From positions 1-24,260 of the forward strand of contig CBDETK010000010.1 of the NCBI GenBank assembly GCA_965242865.1: DNA of 24,260 nucleotides. The letters run 5' to 3'. Shown here piece after piece: positions 17,421-24,260 of this stretch; within the stretch, counting starts at the first letter, position 1; each line of letters starts with the position of its first letter. Made by a program: the position numbers and the translations under genes. The stretch is from Candidatus Latescibacterota bacterium (lineage in GTDB: Bacteria > Latescibacterota > UBA2968 > UBA8231). The notes beneath the pieces were generated by a model. That model worked only from the letters and a program-made list of their open reading frames with translations. It ran no database searches and was not told where the DNA came from.

Positions 17421-18883
17421 TGGTTCAGGGAACCTGTGAGAAGTTGCAAAACGGGCCGGACGAGATTGAGGAGTTGGAGGTCCAGCCGTACGTGATGCGC
17501 AAGGGTCCCTACCACCCGTCCGATGCCGACCTCCTCGAGAAGGCCCTCGGAGAACACGACACCGCCAGCGGGTCGGATATCGAAGGCCATCTCTCTAATT
17601 GCCTGTACTGCCGCATACGCCTCAACCGGATCAAGATCAGCGACCCTCGCCTCGAACCGCCCGCCTTCGCCGTGCCGTCTCGGCCGGTTTCGGACGAGAC
17701 ACTCGAATTCCTGGCCGCCAACCGATCGCCTATGGTCGAAGCGGGCCAAGTCTGGCTCGCCCAAGGCGATCACGGACAGCTCATGGTGTGGATCGGGGGG
17801 CTTCGCTCCGACACCGACGCGGCCTGGGCTTATCCGGTCACCCCCAACATCGACGCCGTAGACGACAACGCGCTGATCGTGGAACTGCCCAACGTCGGCC
17901 CGGTGGGGGTCGTCTCTTCTCTGTACGGCTCGGTTGACGTCTCCAGGCTTGTAGCCCACTTGGGCGACTTGGACATCGATTCCGACCTCCGGCGGCTCGA
18001 CGAAGCGGCGCGGAACGGGACTCGGACCGATTTGCGCACCGGCCGCCCGATCACCGATTCCGCCGACGAGCGGCATGAGTTCGATCAGTTTCTCATCGAC
18101 CAGCTCGCCGACCTTGACCCGATCATCGAGTCCGCCGACGAGGACGACGACATGTTGGCCGACGGATGGGAGCCCGGCTTGGTGTTCGCGATCCCCGGGC
18201 CCTGCCACCCCTGCCATCCGTCCGAGCCCGACCTGCTCGGATACGCCCTAGACGAACTCGACGGCCCCGCCGGGGCAGACGTGCAGGCCCATCTGGCGGA
18301 TTGTCTGTTCTGCCGGATACGCGTCAACCGGATAAGGCGCTGTGACCCACGCCTCGAACCGCCCCGCCATGCGCCAACCCGGCCGCATATCCCAGAGGAG
18401 ATCCTGGGGCCCTTGGCTGCCGACTCGCCTGCCGATGTCAATCCCGGCCAGGTCTGGCTGGCTGGCCGGCCCGGGTGCGAACAGGTCATGGTGTGGGTCA
18501 GGGGTGTCTTCCCTCATGCGATCATGGTTCACGCGGTCACGTCTGACATCGACTTCGTCGAGGAGCTCTCCCTGATCGCGGACCTGCCGGTCATCGGCCG
18601 CCCGGTGGCGGTCGTTTCCTCGGTCTCCAACGCCGTGCCCAGGGAAACCCTCGTGGCCCACTTGGGCGACCTCGACATCAAGTCCGACATCCGGGAAGCC
18701 CGTGAGGCGGCGCTGAGCCGAAATGCGACCGCTCTGCGCACCGGCCGCCCGATCACCGATCCCGCCGACGTGCGCAACGAGTTCCTGCACATGCTGGCCG
18801 ACGACCTCGCCGCCCTCGACCAGCAAGCCGACACCCCCGCCCTCGCCGGAGCTACCGCGGTGGCCAACCCCGGAACCAAGTAA
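17417..18883 (+). CDS. Array paralog P4 (488 aa), two modules, tandem duplicate of P3
   Basis: Offset from P3 is 1460 nt at both the start and the end of the aligned region; GTGA overlap with the P3 stop; HLSNCLYC and HLADCLFC. Confidence 0.88.
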   Translation: MMVQGTCEKLQNGPDEIEELEVQPYVMRKGPYHPSDADLLEKALGEHDTASGSDIEGHLSNCLYCRIRLNRIKISDPRLEPPAFAVPSRPVSDETLEFLAANRSPMVEAGQVWLAQGDHGQLMVWIGGLRSDTDAAWAYPVTPNIDAVDDNALIVELPNVGPVGVVSSLYGSVDVSRLVAHLGDLDIDSDLRRLDEAARNGTRTDLRTGRPITDSADERHEFDQFLIDQLADLDPIIESADEDDDMLADGWEPGLVFAIPGPCHPCHPSEPDLLGYALDELDGPAGADVQAHLADCLFCRIRVNRIRRCDPRLEPPRHAPTRPHIPEEILGPLAADSPADVNPGQVWLAGRPGCEQVMVWVRGVFPHAIMVHAVTSDIDFVEELSLIADLPVIGRPVAVVSSVSNAVPRETLVAHLGDLDIKSDIREAREAALSRNATALRTGRPITDPADVRNEFLHMLADDLAALDQQADTPALAGATAVANPGTK

Positions 18884-18942
18884 GGCCCTGATCGCAGGCA
18901 GGCATCGGACCGCCGCCCCGGGCTGAAGCCTGTTTTTCGGGG

Positions 18943-18971
18943 TTGCGCGCCAGAGGCTTGTAGTGTATAGT
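18943..18971 (+). promoter_or_regulatory. Putative promoter giving a leaderless or near-leaderless DUF3467 transcript
   Basis: TTGCGC-17 nt-TATAGT; ATG 18980 lies 8 nt after the -10 with no RBS. Confidence 0.6.
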
Positions 18972-18979
18972 TAGTGCTT

Positions 18980-19303
18980 ATGAGTGATTTTCAAGGTCAA
19001 GACTTCCCTCATGACGGTCAGAATCTGGAGATCCGGATGCCGCCCGAACTCGAGGCTGGCGTCTGGTCGAACTTCGCGATTGTCAGCCACTCGCCGTTCG
19101 AGTTCACCTTGGATTTCGTTCGACTCGACTTCACTAGCAACCCGCCCGGGGGTGTGGTAGTACAGCGGGTCAACATGTCACCGCAATTTGTCGAACAACT
19201 CATCAACGCGTTGAACCAGAACATGGAGAATTACGCGGCCAGGCTCGCTGCTGACATCAACCCACCCGATTCTGTTTCTGATGGAGAAGATCCGAATGGA
19301 TGA
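18980..19303 (+). CDS. DUF3467 family protein
   Basis: GVWSNFAIVSHSPFEFTLDF...VVQRVNMSPQ...LINALNQNMENY matches the family pattern. Confidence 0.85.
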   Translation: MSDFQGQDFPHDGQNLEIRMPPELEAGVWSNFAIVSHSPFEFTLDFVRLDFTSNPPGGVVVQRVNMSPQFVEQLINALNQNMENYAARLAADINPPDSVSDGEDPNG

Positions 19304-19487
19304 TGACATCAGGTACTTTTTGTCTGACGGGCAGAGCGCAGAATTTCCCATAAAGACCGGGCCCTGGATGAATGTCACCATTCGCGGATACGGCAACCAG
19401 GAGCAATCGTACAGGATGAGGCTTAGGCTGGACCCCGGCCGTGATATTAACTTTATTGCCAAACCTCCTCCGGGCATGGAAATATAG
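19296..19487 (+). CDS. Small hypothetical protein (63 aa) coupled to DUF3467
   Basis: ATG 19296 with GGAG upstream; overlaps the DUF3467 end by 8 nt. Confidence 0.55.
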   Translation: MDDDIRYFLSDGQSAEFPIKTGPWMNVTIRGYGNQEQSYRMRLRLDPGRDINFIAKPPPGMEI

Positions 19488-19553
19488 TCGATTATCCACT
19501 TCCTCACCCGCGCCGAGGAAGAACGAGAAGGCGGGCCCCGTAGCTGGCCGGTA

Positions 19554-19640
19554 CCGGTCAGATCGGGGGGCCAGGGTTGGCGGCGGCCGCTGTCGCCTAG
19601 GGGAACCGGCCAGCGGCGATCAGCGCCGGTCCGGTCCGGC
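19554..19640 (-). pseudogene. Decayed duplicate of the 3' end of the SCO1664-family gene
   Basis: Aligns with 21081-21168. Translates with frameshifts as ALIAAGRFP.GDSGRRQPWPP.I* vs ALVAADRFPIDEQGRRWPWPLV*. Confidence 0.75.
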
Positions 19641-19691
19641 TTGCAATGACCTGGGATCTGGTGTATACTGGCAAACATCAAAAATTGATGT
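19641..19691 (+). promoter_or_regulatory. Putative promoter and operator of MazF-like gene 2
   Basis: TTGCAA-17 nt-TATACT (19641-19669), followed by the perfect dyad ACATCAA-AAA-TTGATGT (19675-19691) over the expected start site. Confidence 0.65.
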
Positions 19692-19822
19692 AAAACCCTT
19701 CCCCGATCTTCCCCCAACGACCGGTCGGCGGTCGATCTGCCTAGCCGCCTCAATCTTGAGCGCAGCCGTTGGCGGACGAACACGACACGGTCGGCAGGCC
19801 TTCTCAAAAATGCGAGCAGCCG

Positions 19823-20179
19823 ATGATCGGGGCAATCCGTCTGACCGAGAAACCGTATCTGCCTAATCCAGGCGATGTCTACTGGGTAGATACTGAGGTC
19901 TTTTATGATATCGACCCTAAACGTCATCGACCTGTGCTCGTAGTCAGTGTTAGCCGATCAACAGTTGACCACATAATTGTTGTGACCCGTACCACAGATT
20001 TAAGTGTGGATGTGGGGGTATTTTCGGCTGTAGATTTGACTTGTGGACTGAACAAACCTGGAGTGTGGTGTCGTATAAGATACGCAAAGCCCCACCGGTG
20101 GGCCCGTCCATTAGTTGAATGGCGTGGTGTGGTTAATATGACTGAATTGATGGCGGTTAGGACGGAGTTCGATCTGTGA
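19823..20179 (+). CDS. MazF/PemK-like protein 2 (putative endoribonuclease toxin)
   Basis: KPYLPNPGDVYWV...RHRPVLVV...VVTRTTDL...GLNKPGVW; about 64 of 109 residues identical to copy 1 by manual alignment. Confidence 0.75.
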   Translation: MIGAIRLTEKPYLPNPGDVYWVDTEVFYDIDPKRHRPVLVVSVSRSTVDHIIVVTRTTDLSVDVGVFSAVDLTCGLNKPGVWCRIRYAKPHRWARPLVEWRGVVNMTELMAVRTEFDL

Positions 20180-20273
20180 TTTCAGTTCAAAAACCTCCAG
20201 AGTTTGAGCCGGGTTGGTTGAATGCGGCTGTAGTCGCATATAATAAGTGATCAGGAACGAGGAGGCAGCAGGC

Positions 20274-21044
20274 ATGGTTCTGGAAACCCACAGGAAGCGG
20301 CAAGATCGCCGGGACGGGATGGGGCCGTCCGATGTGCGGCCACTCCCAATGGAAGGGCACCCATTTGACCTCGATCTCCTCGGGTGCGCCCTCGGAGAGC
20401 TCGACGGTCCCGTTGCGACGGACGTTGATGCCCACCTGGCAGGCTGCTTCTACTGCCACATGCGCCTCAATCGAATCCGGCGCCGCGACCCGCGCCTTGA
20501 TCCGCCTCGCAACGCACCGCCGCGCCCGCGCATCCCCGAGGAGATCCTCTCGCCTCTCGCCGCCAACCCTCCCGGCGACGTCAAAGTCGGCCAGGTATGG
20601 CTAGCCGGCGAACGAGAAAACGAACAGATTATGGTGTGGATCAGGAGCGTTCGCCCCCGCACGATCACGGCTCATCCCGTCACTCTCGACGTCGACTACG
20701 TCGACGACCTCTCACTGATCGTGGAACTGCCGGTCGTCGAGTGTCAGGTATCAGTTGTGTCCTCTCTAATCGGCACCGTGCCCAGAAAAATTCTCGTAGC
20801 CCACCTTGGCGACCTCGACATCGAATACGACCTCCGACGGATTAACGAAGCCGCGCGGAATGGAACTCCGACCGATCTGCGCACCGGCCGCCCCGTCGCC
20901 AACCCCAACGACGAGCGTGACGAGTTTCGGCAGATGCTGGCTGACGATCTAGCGGCCATTGACCCGATTATCGATACCCCCGACGACGAGGACCACCCCG
21001 TTCTTGCTGGAGCCCCCGGGGCTACCGGACCAGGGACCGGGTGA
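20274..21044 (+). CDS. Array paralog P5 (256 aa), single ZAS plus PemK-like module
   Basis: GAGGAGG RBS; HPFDLDLL...HLAGCFYC, GQVWLA, AHPVT, LRTGRPV..PNDER; TATAAT at 20239-20244. Confidence 0.88.
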   Translation: MVLETHRKRQDRRDGMGPSDVRPLPMEGHPFDLDLLGCALGELDGPVATDVDAHLAGCFYCHMRLNRIRRRDPRLDPPRNAPPRPRIPEEILSPLAANPPGDVKVGQVWLAGERENEQIMVWIRSVRPRTITAHPVTLDVDYVDDLSLIVELPVVECQVSVVSSLIGTVPRKILVAHLGDLDIEYDLRRINEAARNGTPTDLRTGRPVANPNDERDEFRQMLADDLAAIDPIIDTPDDEDHPVLAGAPGATGPGTG

Positions 21045-21084
21045 TCCCTGATCGGAGGCCGTCCCTGCAGCTTGTCAGGGCCGG

Positions 21085-21846
21085 TCAGACCAGGGGCCAG
21101 GGCCAGCGGCGGCCTTGTTCGTCGATGGGGAATCGGTCGGCGGCGACTAGGGCCCGGGTGCGGGCCAGGGCGGCCTCCCGCTCGATCGGGGTGAGGATCT
21201 CGGCCAGCGGCTCGGGCAGGCCGGCCTCCAGCAGGGCCCGCAGGTCGGCGCCGATCGAGGCGGGCAGGTCTTCGCCGGCGAAGTCCCACAGCACGGTCCG
21301 AAGCTTGAACTCGTGGTGGAACGACAGGTTGTTGTCGATGGCCCAGATCGAGCCGTCGGCCCCCAGCAGGCAGTGGCCCGACTTGCGGTCGGTGTTGTTT
21401 ATGACCACGTCCAGGGCGCACATCCGCTCCAGCTCCAGGCGGTAGCCGGGGCGGTCCCGCAGGGTGAAGTAGTGCTCCTCGGGGTCGAACGGCATGAACA
21501 ACTGGAGCGAACCCAGACCGAACGGGGCCTCGGAGCGCATGACGGTGGGGGGGACCAGATCCCAGCCCAGGGCCTGATCGACGGCGAAGGCGGCCGCCTC
21601 CCGGTAGGCGATCCCCGGCGGGAAGTCCCACAGCGGCCGCTCACCCCGGAGCGGCTTGTATATGGCCTGGGCGACCAGCTCCCCCCCCTCGGCCAAATCG
21701 ACCAGGAAGGTGGCGTTGGAGCTGTAGGGCATCCGGCCCACGATCTCCAGCTCCCCCTCGGCCAGCAGCTCCAGGGCTCGGGGGGTTTCGATGGGAGGAC
21801 GGTCCAGAAACGGCGAGTCTTCCGTCGGCGACACCTGCATCGGCAC
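21085..21846 (-). CDS. SCO1664-family protein (PI3/4-kinase-like)
   Basis: SSNATFL, IYKPLRGERPLWDFP, REAAA, VINNTDRKSGH, AIDNNLSFH, KLRTVLWDFAGE. Confidence 0.92.
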   Translation of the reverse strand: MPMQVSPTEDSPFLDRPPIETPRALELLAEGELEIVGRMPYSSNATFLVDLAEGGELVAQAIYKPLRGERPLWDFPPGIAYREAAAFAVDQALGWDLVPPTVMRSEAPFGLGSLQLFMPFDPEEHYFTLRDRPGYRLELERMCALDVVINNTDRKSGHCLLGADGSIWAIDNNLSFHHEFKLRTVLWDFAGEDLPASIGADLRALLEAGLPEPLAEILTPIEREAALARTRALVAADRFPIDEQGRRWPWPLV

Positions 21847-21934
21847 CGGGCTCAGCGGCCGGACCGGCCCGGGCCGAAGGGGGCCGGGCCCTGGCCGCGG
21901 TCGCCGCGGGCTGAACTGGCTCCCCCGTCCCTTG

Positions 21935-22450
21935 TCAGTTGTGGCACGGGCACCAGTCTCCGTGGGCCTCTTCCAGCGGGCGGGCGCAGTACGGGCAGGG
22001 CGGGCGGCCCGCGGCCACGACCCCTCGGGCCCGGCCGACGAAGCCGGCCACCTGCGCCCGGGTCAGCGTGAACCGGGCCGAGGCGGGCTCGGCCCCCGGG
22101 TTCCCGCCTTCGCCTTCTCCCTCGTCGTCTTCGATCCGCTCCTCGGCCACCAGGATGATCCGGTCGCCGTCACCGTCGTAGGCCACGCCCATGTTCCCCA
22201 CCGCCCACTCGGCCTCCACCGGGGCCCGCAGGTCGTAATCGGTCGGGGGATCGCCCGCCGGGGCCGGGGGAAGGCCGTCGAGCATCCGGTCGAGGTACTC
22301 GGCCAGGGCCGCCACCTGCTGCTTCTCCATCTTGAACGACACCGGCCCGTTGCGGGACCGGCACTGCAGGTAGAACACCCGCTGCCCCTTGGGGCCCAGC
22401 GTCCCCACCGTGACCGGCTCGTCCGAGTCGAAATGAAACGACTGGCTCAT
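21935..22450 (-). CDS. DUF3090 family protein
   Basis: VGTLGPKGQRVFYLQ, MEKQQVAALA, VVAAGRPPCPYC...WCP; conserved position next to the SCO1664-family gene. Confidence 0.92.
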   Translation of the reverse strand: MSQSFHFDSDEPVTVGTLGPKGQRVFYLQCRSRNGPVSFKMEKQQVAALAEYLDRMLDGLPPAPAGDPPTDYDLRAPVEAEWAVGNMGVAYDGDGDRIILVAEERIEDDEGEGEGGNPGAEPASARFTLTRAQVAGFVGRARGVVAAGRPPCPYCARPLEEAHGDWCPCHN

Positions 22451-22514
22451 GGCGCCGACCGACCCGCAGCCGGCGCCCGACTGCCGCGACTGCTACAAAG
22501 CCGCGCCGACCGGC

Positions 22515-23204
22515 TCATGGCCCCGGCCGGGCCGGCAGATCCGGGCCGGTGTTGTTGACGCACAGCACCACCGGGCCCTCGGGGCCGTAGGCGACGGCGG
22601 TGACCGAGGCCGGGTCGATCAGAATCCGCTGGAAGAGATCCAGGGGAGTGCCCATAGCCGAGGCCGCCACCGCCTTGATCACGTCGGCGTGGGAGACGGC
22701 TGCCACCCTCTGGCCGGGATGGCGGGCCACGATGGCGGCCACCGCGGCCAGGGCCCGGCTCTGCATCTCCGCGAACGACTCCCCGCCCGGGAACCGGAAC
22801 CCGCTGGGATGGCGCTGCACCGTGGCCCACTCCGGCCGCTTGCGCAGATTGGCCAACTTCCGGCCCGTCCACCGGCCGAAGTCGCACTCGTTGAGCCCGG
22901 CATGGCGGCGGACCCGCAGCCCGCAGGCCCGGGCGATGGGGGCGGCCGTCTCCCGGGCCCGCTCCAGGGGCGAGGCGTACACCGCGCCCACCCCGCCCGC
23001 GGCGGCGATCCGCTCAGCCGTCCGCTCAGCCTGCTCCGCCCCGGCCTCGGCCAGGTGCAGCCCCGGCGCCCGTCCCGGCAGGGTGGCGCCGGTGGTCGGG
23101 GTCAGCCCGTGGCGGACGAACAACACCAGGGTGGGGGAGGGCGGACTCGATTTCCGGCCCCTGTTTGCAGTTGCGGGTCCGGGTGGACTCGAGTTCCCGG
23201 TCAT
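22515..23204 (-). CDS. Histidine phosphatase (MSMEG_4193-family putative phosphomutase)
   Basis: FVRHGLT, YASPLERARETA, ECDFGRWTG, FPGGES, VSHADVIK, LDLFQRI. Start approximate. Confidence 0.9.
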   Translation of the reverse strand: MTGNSSPPGPATANRGRKSSPPSPTLVLFVRHGLTPTTGATLPGRAPGLHLAEAGAEQAERTAERIAAAGGVGAVYASPLERARETAAPIARACGLRVRRHAGLNECDFGRWTGRKLANLRKRPEWATVQRHPSGFRFPGGESFAEMQSRALAAVAAIVARHPGQRVAAVSHADVIKAVAASAMGTPLDLFQRILIDPASVTAVAYGPEGPVVLCVNNTGPDLPARPGP

Positions 23205-23309
23205 GTCGGGGGCCGCCGGTCTGGGGAGGGGGAGTTGGAACTTCGGGTCATGGCGGCGGCAGGGTCCGGGGAAGCGAGGCCGTGTCGGCGGCCAACCTAG
23301 CCTGATCGG

Positions 23310-23996
23310 GTGGATTCCCCCGAGCGAAAGCGGCGGCTGGCCGCGGTGGCCGCCGAGGTGGAGGCGTGTCGGCTCTGCCCCCGACTGGTCGCCTGGCGGG
23401 AGCAGGTCGGCCGCGAGAAGCGGGCCGCCTACCGGGACGAGGACTACTGGGCCCGGCCCGTGCCCGGCTTCGGCGACCCCGACGCCCACCTGCTGGTGGT
23501 CGGGCTGGCCCCGGCCGCCCACGGGGCCAACCGCACCGGGCGGATGTTCACCGGGGACCGGTCCGGCGAATGGCTCTACCGGGCCCTGCACCGGGCCGGG
23601 TACGCCAACCAGCCCGACTCCGTCCGGCGGGGCGACGGCCTGGCCCTCACCGGGGCGTGGATCACCGCCCCGGTCAAGTGCGCCCCGCCCGCCAACAAGC
23701 CCACCCCCGACGAGCGGGACCGGTGCCGGCCCTTTCTGCGGCGGGAGTTGGACGCCCTGGCCAACCTGCGGGTGATCGTGGCCCTGGGCGCTTTCGCCTA
23801 TCAGGCCATGGCCAGCGAACTCGGCCTGCGGCCCCGGCCCCGGTTCGGCCACGGGACAGAAGCCGAGCTGGACGACGGGCGGACGCTGCTGTGCAGCTTC
23901 CACGTCAGCCAGCAGAACACCTTCACCGGCCGGCTCACCGCCGAGATGCTCGACGCCGTGTTCGACCGGGCCCGAACCCTGGGAACCGCCCCGTGA
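23310..23996 (+). CDS. udgB: Uracil-DNA glycosylase, family 5 (UdgB)
   Basis: [61 protein letters not shown]. Confidence 0.92.
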   Translation: MDSPERKRRLAAVAAEVEACRLCPRLVAWREQVGREKRAAYRDEDYWARPVPGFGDPDAHLLVVGLAPAAHGANRTGRMFTGDRSGEWLYRALHRAGYANQPDSVRRGDGLALTGAWITAPVKCAPPANKPTPDERDRCRPFLRRELDALANLRVIVALGAFAYQAMASELGLRPRPRFGHGTEAELDDGRTLLCSFHVSQQNTFTGRLTAEMLDAVFDRARTLGTAP

Positions 23997-24113
23997 CCCG
24001 GGAACCGCCCCCGACTCGGTTGGGGTTGTCGGGTGCCTCGGCGGCCCCGGCGGGAGATCGGCGGCCGAACCCGAGAACCGCCCCGGCGGTGGGCGGCGGT
24101 ACTCTCTAGCGCC

Positions 24114-24260
24114 ATGAGACGCCCCCGCCGCCTCGGACTCATCGCCGTCTTGGCCGCAGTCGGGCTGACGGTGTCGGGATGCGGCACCGACCCCGACCCC
24201 GACAACTGGGAGGAGGCCCGGCAGGGCGACTTCTCGGTGGCGTCCAACTATTTGAGAGCC
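24114..24260 (+). CDS. Putative lipoprotein, N-terminus (runs off the window)
   Basis: MRRPRRLGLIAVLAAVGLTVSG-C: basic N-region, hydrophobic core and lipobox VSGC. Confidence 0.7.
   Translation, partial: MRRPRRLGLIAVLAAVGLTVSGCGTDPDPDNWEEARQGDFSVASNYLRA

Noticed and set aside
19441-19866. 141-aa ORF as a possible upstream antitoxin for toxin 2
   Set aside because: It runs across the SCO1664 relic and the predicted promoter and has no counterpart before toxin 1.
13686-21044. Diversity-generating retroelement or CRISPR explanation for the repeats
   Set aside because: No reverse transcriptase or cas gene is present, differences are not adenine-specific, and the repeats are whole coding modules without a repeat-spacer pattern.
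23205-23903. 462-aa version of the phosphatase ORF
   Set aside because: The extension is antisense to udgB; the RHG motif lies near the true N-terminus.

Overview
High-GC actinobacterial sequence (inferred from the core gene families) in which about 21 kb of accessory, defence-island-like DNA ends at a conserved core block: SCO1664-family gene, DUF3090, MSMEG_4193-family phosphatase, udgB and a lipoprotein. From left to right the accessory part holds: (i) a DISARM-like SNF2 helicase and N6-adenine methyltransferase, the latter frameshifted at a G10 tract and carrying an AT-rich specificity region; (ii) an AT-rich two-gene operon with a predicted PD-(D/E)xK nuclease; (iii) an intact IS5 next to an IS481 remnant; (iv) an AT-rich three-gene operon ending in a MerR-like HTH/DUF433 protein and a PIN-like protein; (v) an intact IS630. 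The most unusual part is a 7.4 kb array of five paralogous genes holding seven repeats of a zinc-anti-sigma (HxxxCxxC) plus PemK-like module, interleaved with two stand-alone MazF/PemK-like genes. No sigma factor or canonical MazE is visible in the window. The last toxin plus partner cassette lies between the SCO1664-family 3' end and a decayed copy of that end. All family assignments come from motif recognition by eye, not database searches.
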